IMG/VR virus record: IMGVR_UViG_3300005611_000035
Location: 1-55,717 of that record
Source: a virus
Taxonomy: Duplodnaviria; Caudoviricetes
Direction: 5' to 3' (one strand)
Length of the DNA stretch: 55,717 bases
Shown: in pieces, positions 27,963 to 37,149 of the stretch
Numbering within the stretch: the first letter of the stretch is position 1
How the letters are laid out: each line of letters opens with the position of its first letter
Program-made: the position numbers and the translations under genes
The notes under the pieces: model-generated
The model's database searches: none
What the model was told of the DNA's origin: nothing
Seen by the model: the letters and a program-made list of their open reading frames with translations, nothing else

Positions 27963-29896
27963 TTTGCACCATCCACAGCTTGTACTGCTTGGTAGGATGT
28001 ACCACCATCACGAGTGCTGAAGGTTAGTACATCTGTATCACCTATGGCTGGACTTGTGGGTGCAGTACCTCCTGCAAACTCTATGGTGCTGTCGTAGGTG
28101 ATGGTGGCTGGCGCTGAAGAATTATACTGATAAACAGTATCGTTAGCAGTGCCTAAAACCATTAAAACTTTACCGTCTGAACTGAACTGCAAACTTCTTG
28201 GATCTCCACTCTCAGATGATGTGTCAAGTGTAATACTGTCGTAAGAAGCTGTACTGATATCCCATGCAGTGCTTAATGAATACTGATAAACATTATCGTT
28301 TGTAATGCCTGTCATGTACACTTTGGTTCCATCACTCTTGAATGTAAGTCCATCCATGTTTGTATCTTGTGAGCTAGTCGTAAAAGACTTACTTGCATAA
28401 GATGCAGTAGAGATATCCCAAGCTGTTGATAGGGTGTACTGGTAGACAACGGTACTAGAAGCAACATACATAGTTGTACCATCTGGTTTAAACCACATAG
28501 CTTGCGGTGAGGTAGTTTGAGTTGCAACACTAAAGCTAACACTGTCATATGAAGCTGTGGAAAGATCATAAGCCGTAGACATGCTATATGAATATACTGC
28601 ATCACCGCCTGTGCCTGTTCCCAACATATAAAACTTTGTGCCATCCGATTTAACATGAACAGACGCAGGCATAGTATTTTGAGCATTAACACTTATAGAT
28701 TTACTATCGTATGATGCCGTGCTTATATCCCAAGCTGTTGATAAACTGTATGATCTGACTGTATCTGTGTTGCCCACTAAAAAGAATTGTGTGCCATCAG
28801 ACTTAAAGTGCATAGCCTGTGGGCCACTTTCCTCTGTAGCCACACTGAACGATTTATTTGCGTAAGTCGCATTTTCTACATCATAACTTCCTGCACCTGC
28901 CTGATCCAACAACAACGTAGCCTGACTAACAGTACCACTAGAAGCAGGGTTGCTTAGGTTAATCTGAATGTCAGACGTTGGGGTAATCTCAAAGACTGAG
29001 CCAGTGGATAGGTCTAGGGTGCGGGTGTTTAGGGCTGTGGAGTATTGGTAGATAATACCACTTGTAGAAACAATGTATAAGTTAGTCCCATCAGAGTTAA
29101 ACGTAAGGCCAACAGTGTTTAAAGGTTCACTGGGGCTGAAGCTAACACTATCATAACTTGCTGTAGACATATCCCAAGCTGTACTCAATGAATATTGATA
29201 CACACTGCTTCCCACAGTGCCAACAATGTACATCTTAGTACCATCATCCTTAAAGAATATACCAACAGGCCCAGCATCTTGAGATGACACACTAAAAGTT
29301 ACACTATCAAAAGATGCCGTAGATATGTCCCATGCTGTAGACAAACTGTACTGATTAACCTCATCACCTGAATTACCTACAACATACAGCTTAGTCCCGT
29401 CTGTCTTAAAGGCTATATCAGCAGGTAATGCTTCTTGGGAGCTAACATTTATACTTTTTGAGGCGTAACTTGCAGTTGATAAATCCCAAGCTGTAGTAAG
29501 GTCATACTGATAAACTGTGTCTGAAACATTACCCGTTATATAGAATTTAGTACCATCGGGCTTGAAGAATAAACCAGTGGGTGTTGTCTCCTGAGAGGCT
29601 ACACTAAAACTTACACTGTCATAAGATGCCGTGCTAATATCAAAAGCAGTAGATAGGGAATACTGATAAATAGAATCATTTGTTAGACCACTTGTGTACA
29701 TTTTAGTACCATCAGAGCTAAAAGCAACATCATAGGGCACTGTATCTTGAGATGAAGTATCGTAGCTTTTGTTAGTATAGCTAACACTATTTAAGTTGTA
29801 TCCATCCCCTAGCCCAGACACAACAGTACCCACGCCCTCATGGTAGACCGTGGGTTTAATACCTGCTTTAACCTTAAAATCTTTACTATTCGACAT
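27959..29896 (-). CDS. Fibre-tip paralog A with two beta-propeller inserts
   Basis: MSNSKDFKVK..LDLSTG..ITYDSTIEFAGGTAPT..RDGGTSY; about 10 STAWDISTASY repeats. Confidence 0.75.
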   Translation of the reverse strand: MSNSKDFKVKAGIKPTVYHEGVGTVVSGLGDGYNLNSVSYTNKSYDTSSQDTVPYDVAFSSDGTKMYTSGLTNDSIYQYSLSTAFDISTASYDSVSFSVASQETTPTGLFFKPDGTKFYITGNVSDTVYQYDLTTAWDLSTASYASKSINVSSQEALPADIAFKTDGTKLYVVGNSGDEVNQYSLSTAWDISTASFDSVTFSVSSQDAGPVGIFFKDDGTKMYIVGTVGSSVYQYSLSTAWDMSTASYDSVSFSPSEPLNTVGLTFNSDGTNLYIVSTSGIIYQYSTALNTRTLDLSTGSVFEITPTSDIQINLSNPASSGTVSQATLLLDQAGAGSYDVENATYANKSFSVATEESGPQAMHFKSDGTQFFLVGNTDTVRSYSLSTAWDISTASYDSKSISVNAQNTMPASVHVKSDGTKFYMLGTGTGGDAVYSYSMSTAYDLSTASYDSVSFSVATQTTSPQAMWFKPDGTTMYVASSTVVYQYTLSTAWDISTASYASKSFTTSSQDTNMDGLTFKSDGTKVYMTGITNDNVYQYSLSTAWDISTASYDSITLDTSSESGDPRSLQFSSDGKVLMVLGTANDTVYQYNSSAPATITYDSTIEFAGGTAPTSPAIGDTDVLTFSTRDGGTSYQAVQAVDGAK

Positions 29897-29924
29897 GGTT
29901 CACCTTTCCCCTTGTCTTTATATC

Positions 29925-30809
29925 TTACAGTGTGATTGCTTTAACTGTAAACGCTGTACTATTTGTTGATGCTGGTGTGCCTAAGATACGGACGTTACCA
30001 CCTGATAGGTCTACATCAAATGTAGCTAGTGCAGTAGCTGTATTAATCTGTGCGTACTCTGTTGCTACAGCAGTTGTGCCATCGTGTGTGATAAGCAACT
30101 CAGTGATACTACGTTCTGTGGCTGATGAGTCATACGCTGTAATAACTGCTTTAATACCACCATAAGTTGTAGCATTGTAAGACGCTAGTGTTACTTGTGT
30201 TGTAGCTGTAGTAGTTTGTGTCTGTGTGTCAAACGCTTCTACTGCAGCATTCACCCATGCACTACCATTCCATTGTAAGTACTCACCTGATGTAGCACTC
30301 GTGATAGTTACGTTATCAATGTCATTCAATGCAGTGATAGTATCGTTAACCCACGCAGAGCCATTCCACTTAACAAAGTCACCTGTTGTAGCACTGGTGA
30401 TAGTTACATTACTAATATCATTTAGTGTATTAATAGTAGGGATACTTGCATTAACCCAAGCTGCACCGTCCCACTTAAGAAACTCTCCTGATGATGCACT
30501 AGTAATAGTAACGTTAGAGATGTCATTAAGTGTATTGATAGTTGGGATACTCTCAGCTTGCCAGCCGTTAGTAGTATCAAATGTAAGTACTTGCCCATCT
30601 GTTGGGGACATAGCACTGTACACATTGTCCAAGTCTTGAATGTTAGACGGTACATCACTTTCTTTAGCTAGTGGAAAACCAGCCTGTGTTGAACCATCGT
30701 GAACAACTACAGTGTTCTTAGTTGAGTCGATAGTAATTTCGCCAGCGGCACCTGTGAACGTGGAGTGCTCAGTAGTAGTACCACGGCGGCGTTGAATTTG
30801 TGTAGACAT
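29925..30809 (-). CDS. Tail fibre with an Mtd-like N-terminal domain and ~35-aa repeats
   Basis: MSTQIQRRRGTT..GEITID..VVVHDG; repeats LNDIxNVTITSAxxGxxLxWxGxAWVN. Confidence 0.75.
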   Translation of the reverse strand: MSTQIQRRRGTTTEHSTFTGAAGEITIDSTKNTVVVHDGSTQAGFPLAKESDVPSNIQDLDNVYSAMSPTDGQVLTFDTTNGWQAESIPTINTLNDISNVTITSASSGEFLKWDGAAWVNASIPTINTLNDISNVTITSATTGDFVKWNGSAWVNDTITALNDIDNVTITSATSGEYLQWNGSAWVNAAVEAFDTQTQTTTATTQVTLASYNATTYGGIKAVITAYDSSATERSITELLITHDGTTAVATEYAQINTATALATFDVDLSGGNVRILGTPASTNSTAFTVKAITL

Positions 30810-30811
30810 AC

Positions 30812-32254
30812 TTATAATGCTCCGTAATCTGCCGTTGACGTAGGTGAGTTGTTAATAAAGCCATAATCCCCTACAGTAGCACCAACCACAGCCGCTAACT
30901 GTGCAGTACTATTATAGCTATCTTCAGCTTTAGCTGCCCAATGCAAAGCAGAGTAACCTGTAGTAACACTATCTGATAAAGTGTATTGGCTATCTTCAGG
31001 GTTAATAGCCAGTTTCTCTGCATCTGCTGCACTGTCTGCTGCCGCTGTTGCTGAACCTAAAATACCATCTACATACGTTTTAGTAGTGAGGTCTGAACCT
31101 GTTGTGGGTGTACCAGCACCAGTGATCTTGTTGCCACCCATAGCAATGGCACCTGTCATAGTGCCTCCTGCTAGTGGTAGCTTAGTTGCGATAACGTTTG
31201 TTAGAGTAGTGTAAACGTTATTGTCATCATTGATAGCTTGAGCAATCTCGTCTAGCGTATCTAGTGTAGCAGGTGCACCAGCGATAAGGTTGTTAATAGC
31301 TGTATCAACATAGTTTTTCGTTGCAGCCTGTTGTGCCGTAGTTGGATCAGTAACGTTGTCTAGGGTAGTGTTAGTAAAATCTGCACTACCATTAACTGTT
31401 AAGTCACCGCCAATAGTAACGTTACCTGTAGTTGTTACACTATCTAAGTAACTGTCTGCCCAGTACGCTGATGCACTACCCAAGTTGTAAGCACTGTCTG
31501 TTGTAGGAATGAGTGCTGTACTGATCTTAGCATTGATAGCTACTGTGTCAGTATTAGCATCACCAATAACAGTATTACCATCAATAGTAACATTACTGTC
31601 AAACTTAGCATTGCCTGTTACATCAAGAGTACCAGCAAAGTCAGCATTAGCATCAGTGAATGTAACTGCTGTAGTTGTGTTACTCTTAAGTGTGAGGTTG
31701 CCTGAGTTGTTAGTGAATACTGCATATGTAGTTCCTGCATCTTTAAGGAAAACATCTGCACCATCTGCATCTAAAACTATATCACCTGCTACATCAAATG
31801 TCAAGTTACCTGCTGCTACAGTGTAATCGTTGTCTGTAATAGTAGTGTAGTCATTATCACCAATACTTAGTGTGTCAGCGTATACTGTACCATCAAAGTA
31901 CGCATTTTTGTATTCTAGTGAAGATGTACCTAAGTCAATGTCATTATCTGTAACAGGTACAATAACACCATCTTGAAATCTTACCTGCTCTACTGCAACA
32001 GTGCTTACCTCAACAAATACACCATGACGATTATTGGCGGTATCTACAGCAATTTTATTTTTAGCATCAAGATCAGCAATCAGGGGTACGTAGGAACCCT
32101 CATCGGATGTACCGTCATGTTTGTGGCCTGTAGTACCTGTAGTACTGTGAGCAAAGGCATCTCTTAATTTATCGTATTCTGAATTAATCGGCGCTGCTCT
32201 AACTACTGCAGTAGGTATAATATCAGCTACTGATTGACGTGTATAACCTGACAT
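30812..32254 (-). CDS. Proximal tail fibre protein
   Basis: GHKHDG, AATKNYVD, APATLDTLDEIAQAI, LPLAGGTMTG fibre motifs. Confidence 0.75.
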   Translation of the reverse strand: MSGYTRQSVADIIPTAVVRAAPINSEYDKLRDAFAHSTTGTTGHKHDGTSDEGSYVPLIADLDAKNKIAVDTANNRHGVFVEVSTVAVEQVRFQDGVIVPVTDNDIDLGTSSLEYKNAYFDGTVYADTLSIGDNDYTTITDNDYTVAAGNLTFDVAGDIVLDADGADVFLKDAGTTYAVFTNNSGNLTLKSNTTTAVTFTDANADFAGTLDVTGNAKFDSNVTIDGNTVIGDANTDTVAINAKISTALIPTTDSAYNLGSASAYWADSYLDSVTTTGNVTIGGDLTVNGSADFTNTTLDNVTDPTTAQQAATKNYVDTAINNLIAGAPATLDTLDEIAQAINDDNNVYTTLTNVIATKLPLAGGTMTGAIAMGGNKITGAGTPTTGSDLTTKTYVDGILGSATAAADSAADAEKLAINPEDSQYTLSDSVTTGYSALHWAAKAEDSYNSTAQLAAVVGATVGDYGFINNSPTSTADYGAL

Positions 32255-32257
32255 ATT

Positions 32258-34042
32258 TTATCTCCTATCCCCAAGTCCATATGTAATGGTCATAGCTTGA
32301 ATGGTGTGGCTTGGGTCTGTACTATTTGTAACATAGCTGACTGACATAGATTTTGCAGAACCAACAATGTTAGTAGATTCTACAGGCGAGGGATTTCCAT
32401 CGTAAATATCTGTTGCATCAAATGTAGCGGCATCGTAAAAAGCTGCAGCACCTTCAGTAGACAAATTGTAATCTGATGATACACTACTTTGTGGATTACC
32501 ATAATCAAAGTCTACTGAAACAACTACATTAACTACACCCTCTGAACGCATATAAGTATCTAAGTCATAAAACGTTTTACGTACCGCAGGATCATCCATA
32601 TAAAAGTAAGGTGTTTGATATAGGCTAAATATTTTATTACCGTTAAAGCTTGTGCCTACTTCTTGCCGATACACATAGCCCTCAGAATCCCCGTGTATAA
32701 CAAACTCTTCATCGCCTATATAACCACTTGAGGCTGTCTTTACATCTACCCCTACAAGTTGACTATACTCAAACCCCGCGCCACCTTGCCCACTTCTACG
32801 TATAGAACCTAAAATACCCAAAGAATCTTGATCAGCAAAGAACATTCTAAACTGTGACTTCTTTTTTATTACTACTGCTGTTAGGGTAGCCAAGTCTTCC
32901 TGTGCTGTATACTTTTCAAAAATAGATTGTATTGGCTTAGAAAGAGTAGCAAATTCAATATCGCCGATACGATCTGTACCTGTGATAGGCCTTATACCAT
33001 CAGGCGCTAGAAAAAGTACATCACCATTAAACTCTATAACAGTATCAGGTGCAACACATCCTATGTTAGATGTTATAGTTTCAACAGCAAAGTTAGCGAT
33101 GTTATCACCAGTTAAACGTTTAATATTATTAGAGCCGAATATAAATAAATTATTACGAAAAGACTTAATTTGTATAATCTCAAAGCCTACATTAATAACA
33201 CCCGCACCACTAGCAGGGGTCCAGTCTGTTTCATTTACGTTTGCACTGAAGTACAAGTTGTACGGCTCTGAACTATCACCACCTAAGAATAAATGATTGT
33301 TAAACGCTGCAGCTAAACTAGGCGCAGAGGGTACGCTGCCTGTATTAAGTTGTGTATAAGTAGTACCGTCCCACGTAGCGGCAGGGTTGACTCCATCCAC
33401 AACAACAAACTTAGGTGTTCCCCAATTAAAACTTTCAAACCTAACTTTACTAACACCTGTCATTGTAGGTGAGCCTGAAGTGGTTATTGCTTGCCACCCT
33501 TTAACAGTAGGGGTTGATTGCACCGTACCTGTAGCAGAAGATGTACCGCCTGTTAAAACATTGCCTGTAGCAAATATATTATCTGGCAACTTACCAAAGT
33601 CAATTACAAGAGCATCTGCTGTTTTAGATATAACTGTACCTGTAGCTGCTACTGCAGTACTATCTCCTGAACTAACAACACCTGTTACAGTTTCACCTAC
33701 TGTAAAACCAGATCCTTCACCCGTGCCCAACGATACATCATAGTAGTGATTGTACCAATGTAAATAATTATTTCCTGACGTGGGTTTACGTGCAGCAAAG
33801 ATGCCTTGGTTAATACTTGCTGAAACATGTACTCCCAAAACGGGTGAATTAGCTAAACCAGTTAGTTCACCGTATGCTCGTGTGTATCCGCTTATACGAC
33901 GATACCCACCATCAAGGGCGGGTTCATAATTAATCATACGTATAGCTGTACCTGAAAGCTGACCCCCCTGTGTAAGAGGATCTGTATTAATTACTAATCC
34001 TCCCTGACAAGGAGAAGCAAATGTACGCAGATTATCTGGCAT
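32258..34042 (-). CDS. Tail nozzle / tubular protein B-like
   Basis: 594 aa, beta-rich, follows the adaptor gene. Confidence 0.65.
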   Translation of the reverse strand: MPDNLRTFASPCQGGLVINTDPLTQGGQLSGTAIRMINYEPALDGGYRRISGYTRAYGELTGLANSPVLGVHVSASINQGIFAARKPTSGNNYLHWYNHYYDVSLGTGEGSGFTVGETVTGVVSSGDSTAVAATGTVISKTADALVIDFGKLPDNIFATGNVLTGGTSSATGTVQSTPTVKGWQAITTSGSPTMTGVSKVRFESFNWGTPKFVVVDGVNPAATWDGTTYTQLNTGSVPSAPSLAAAFNNHLFLGGDSSEPYNLYFSANVNETDWTPASGAGVINVGFEIIQIKSFRNNLFIFGSNNIKRLTGDNIANFAVETITSNIGCVAPDTVIEFNGDVLFLAPDGIRPITGTDRIGDIEFATLSKPIQSIFEKYTAQEDLATLTAVVIKKKSQFRMFFADQDSLGILGSIRRSGQGGAGFEYSQLVGVDVKTASSGYIGDEEFVIHGDSEGYVYRQEVGTSFNGNKIFSLYQTPYFYMDDPAVRKTFYDLDTYMRSEGVVNVVVSVDFDYGNPQSSVSSDYNLSTEGAAAFYDAATFDATDIYDGNPSPVESTNIVGSAKSMSVSYVTNSTDPSHTIQAMTITYGLGDRR

Positions 34043-34764
34043 TATTTAGTGCCTGTATTAGAGTTAAAATGGTATCCCGTTAAAACAGTAGAAGTCACAT
34101 ACATAGGTGAGTCTAGTAATAAACGCCGCATGTTATCAATACCATTCTCAAACTTCTGTTGATGTATAGCTCCACCTTGTTCATTTGCCCTAAACCGCAT
34201 TAAGTACATAACTGCGCCATCAACTATGACAGTGTTAAACCTATCAGGAATAATACAAGTATCATTATACACAGTTAAGTCTGAAGGAAACTTCCAATAA
34301 CGGTACTCTATTTCATACGCTTCATCAGGAAGAGGTGTTACGCCAAACTTAGTATCTTGTGTTTGGTAAACTATATTAGGCGTTGAGTAGCCATTTGTAC
34401 TTGAAGCGTCTTCTATAGCGCGATGGTATCTAATGTAATCATTATAAGTTATTACGGGTAATCTTCCAGGATCATTACTTGTAGATACTAGCTTCTTAAT
34501 GTAAAACGTATCCCAATCTGCCTTGGAGTAGTCAGAAGGAAAAGCATAAGTTCCTACACCTGAAGATAGTGTTTGAGTGTACGTCACAAGAGTAAAAGGC
34601 CACTCCTGTGAGGTTTGCAATATCTCTCTTATACTAGCATTTACGGCATCCTTAGCCAATGCTTGTAGGTTACGTACATCAGAGAAGCCATTGCCCCCTG
34701 TGTCTAACTGTACTTCATTCATGCGGCGAAGTACTTCATTTACAAGTGTTACATACGTAGCCAT
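34042..34764 (-). CDS. Head-tail adaptor / tail tubular protein A-like
   Basis: MATYVTLVNEVLRRMNE..WPF; immediately after the MCP gene. Confidence 0.7.
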   Translation of the reverse strand: MATYVTLVNEVLRRMNEVQLDTGGNGFSDVRNLQALAKDAVNASIREILQTSQEWPFTLVTYTQTLSSGVGTYAFPSDYSKADWDTFYIKKLVSTSNDPGRLPVITYNDYIRYHRAIEDASSTNGYSTPNIVYQTQDTKFGVTPLPDEAYEIEYRYWKFPSDLTVYNDTCIIPDRFNTVIVDGAVMYLMRFRANEQGGAIHQQKFENGIDNMRRLLLDSPMYVTSTVLTGYHFNSNTGTK

Positions 34765-34794
34765 TAAAAAACCTTACATTTTAAATGTGCTGAA

Positions 34795-34821
34795 GGGCCA
34801 GCCTCTTGACAAAGCCAGCCC
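34795..34821 (-). terminator. GC-rich hairpin after MCP (possible terminator or processing site)
   Basis: GGGCTGGCT...GGCTGGCCC stem with G-U pairs; weak U-tract. Confidence 0.45.
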
Positions 34822-34837
34822 AACAGTCTATGTAATA

Positions 34838-35902
34838 TTAAGCAGCGTTGTAACGTGCTGTTACAAGCGCTTCTGGGCGAAGAATTTTTCTACCGTAAAG
34901 ATGCATACCGCGAACAATGTCAGCGAATGAATCAGGGTCACGATAGTTCTCGACTTTGTTGATCTGCTCAGCAGAAGCAACAGCATCGTCCTGTCCAGCA
35001 ACGACAACACCATAGTTATCATCCTGTGCAGTTGCGCCTGAAGTGCCTGGTCCTGTACCCGCTGAAGGCAAGTTATTTGAAACGTATACACGGAAACCGT
35101 GCAAGTTGTTCAATACCAAGCCGTTCATCAAGCCAGAGCCACCCCAATCAGATTGCAATAGACGTGAATCTTCGTCTTTCAAGATCTCCATGAACACAGG
35201 GTCAACAACGATCCACCGTCCACGTGAGTCTACATTTGCTACATCCATTGTACGTGCCATACGTGCTACCACCGTTAGTGGTGAAGTCGTTGTGGTTGAC
35301 AATGCAGTCGCGCCTGGAAGACGTGAGGTTAGTGGGATTGAGTCACCTGTTGTACCTGCAGATGCTGCAGTTGTGATGTGACCAATGTCAGCCATAGTAA
35401 GATGATTGGCAGTCAAAAATTCACCAGTCAAGTTACCTGCTGTGTCATGCTGTGCGTCGCCAGATGTTGTCGTAATCAAAACACCAGCAGTTGTGTGGCC
35501 TGACATGTATGACAGAATGTCTGCGTCCATTGCGTCCGCCATTTTATATGCTGCACGATCAGCAGCAAGGGAAACGTAATCAACACTTGAGAATTGATCT
35601 TCAATGTCATCCATTTTGAAAGCAAAGTAGTTAGCTTTGTCAATGGTGAGTGAGAAGTCCTCGTCATTCAGGTCTTCAACGCTGATAGCAGTTTTACGCT
35701 CAAGAGCGTTGACTGTTACGTCAGGCTCTTTCTGGATGCGAACTACATCACCTTGGTTTGCAATCTCGCCAAAATAAGAGTTGTTCGTGATTGCATTTGA
35801 GACAGCCGCCTTGCGTAGAGCGATCTGTGCTTGTTTGGAATAGATAATCGGGCTGAAGTTGCCGTCAAATCCAGTTTTGCCAGAGGCAAGTGCTATAGCC
35901 AT
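34838..35902 (-). CDS. Major capsid protein
   Basis: NFSPIIYSK, GEIANQGDVVRI, FKMDDIE, DSFADIVRGMHLYG; follows the scaffold gene. Confidence 0.9.
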   Translation of the reverse strand: MAIALASGKTGFDGNFSPIIYSKQAQIALRKAAVSNAITNNSYFGEIANQGDVVRIQKEPDVTVNALERKTAISVEDLNDEDFSLTIDKANYFAFKMDDIEDQFSSVDYVSLAADRAAYKMADAMDADILSYMSGHTTAGVLITTTSGDAQHDTAGNLTGEFLTANHLTMADIGHITTAASAGTTGDSIPLTSRLPGATALSTTTTSPLTVVARMARTMDVANVDSRGRWIVVDPVFMEILKDEDSRLLQSDWGGSGLMNGLVLNNLHGFRVYVSNNLPSAGTGPGTSGATAQDDNYGVVVAGQDDAVASAEQINKVENYRDPDSFADIVRGMHLYGRKILRPEALVTARYNAA

Positions 35903-36090
35903 AGTTAATTTCTCCTTATAGATATGGCGTGAAGTTTGACACTACATATCCACTAAAGAGGCTCATCATTTCAGGGTAGTCAGCTATGCATCAAGGATGG
36001 CCTTCCTATCAGCGCTGGGCCTTTACTCAGAGGTAGTTCTTTGTTGTGGCTAGTGCTTATAAAAGCATACACACTTATTTGGTGTATATA
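35903..36090 (-). promoter_or_regulatory. Structured 5' leader of the MCP mRNA
   Basis: Several hairpins (TATACAC/GTGTGTA, AGGA/TCCT, GATATG/CATATC) between the promoter and the AAGGAG RBS. Confidence 0.55.
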
Positions 36091-36092
36091 CT

Positions 36093-36123
36093 ATAGTTTT
36101 ACTTATGATTGTTTTCTTGTCAA
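36093..36123 (-). promoter_or_regulatory. MCP promoter TTGACA-N16-TAAAACTAT
   Basis: Matches the recurrent promoter architecture. Confidence 0.7.
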
Positions 36124-36124
36124 G

Positions 36125-37078
36125 TTATTTCTTAGATATATCATAAATAAACTTACCAGAGCGCTGAGCTTCCATAATCTCTTCCATGCGCTTCTCATAT
36201 TCTTTAATAGACATTTTAGCTACTTGTGATTCTCGTATGTAACCCGCAGCCTCGTCGTAGTCAGGTGTAGCTGTACGCTTTGCCATCACAGAAGTTGCTG
36301 CACTTTTGTCGCTACTAGGTTTCTTAGGTTTAGACGAGATACCTTTGTCAACTTTATATAGGTCAATCACACGAGCTACAGACTTAGCGTCTTCTATGTT
36401 TTCATACAGAGCATCCTGCACCCACTTAGGCTGTTCTTTAGCCCAATCATGGAAAGTATCATCTGAACGAATAGCATCAAAGTCAGGATGTAATGCAGCA
36501 AGTTCAGCTTCAGCCTTTTCACGTTTAGCTACGATGCGTAACTCTTCAATCTCTTTTAGCCTACCGTCAAGATCAGATGAACGCTCTCTGGCCTTCTTAT
36601 CTGCTATAGCTTCGACAATACCCGCTACATCAGGGTACTTCTTAGCCCAAGCTTCTACCTCGTTTTCTGACTTAGGTAGTACAAGCTCATTCTTAGTAGC
36701 TGCGTCAAGTTGCTTCTTTAGCTTTTCAATCTCTTCTTTATGTTGATCTGCTGTCTTCTGCATGTGACGCTGAATGTCAGCATATCTTTGCTTGAACGTC
36801 TTCTCTTCAGCACTTAAGCTATCATCGCTTTCTTGTGCTTCAGCTTTAGGTTCTTCTTTTTGTTTGGCACTACTCTCTGCCTGTACTGGCTCTGCGCTAG
36901 GCTTTGGGCTACGGGGTTGCGCTTCAGCAACTTGCTCTTCTTCTTCTTGTGCTTCTTCATCTTGAATAACACCTGCCTGTTTAAGCAGTTCCCTTAGTTC
37001 TGCCTCATCTTGTGCGACACGATTAGCATTACGTTGATGTGACGCAGAGTTAGTTTGTATTAATTGAGTTTCAACCAT
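36125..37078 (-). CDS. Capsid scaffolding protein
   Basis: Charged coiled coil, FKQRYADI, HPDF; located before MCP. Confidence 0.8.
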   Translation of the reverse strand: MVETQLIQTNSASHQRNANRVAQDEAELRELLKQAGVIQDEEAQEEEEQVAEAQPRSPKPSAEPVQAESSAKQKEEPKAEAQESDDSLSAEEKTFKQRYADIQRHMQKTADQHKEEIEKLKKQLDAATKNELVLPKSENEVEAWAKKYPDVAGIVEAIADKKARERSSDLDGRLKEIEELRIVAKREKAEAELAALHPDFDAIRSDDTFHDWAKEQPKWVQDALYENIEDAKSVARVIDLYKVDKGISSKPKKPSSDKSAATSVMAKRTATPDYDEAAGYIRESQVAKMSIKEYEKRMEEIMEAQRSGKFIYDISKK

Positions 37079-37149
37079 TTCTTACTCCTTATGTTGGGGC
37101 CAGTCGTAACTGGGTATCCTTATAGTTATATGGATCGGGTCCAATAATT

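Noticed and set aside
23954-30809. Diversity-generating retroelement (prompted by the Mtd-like N-terminus)
   Set aside because: No reverse transcriptase and no template/variable repeat pair with adenine-specific mismatches seen
14798-35381. Numerous plus-strand ORFs antisense to structural genes
   Set aside because: Shadow ORFs arising from codon bias of the minus-strand genes
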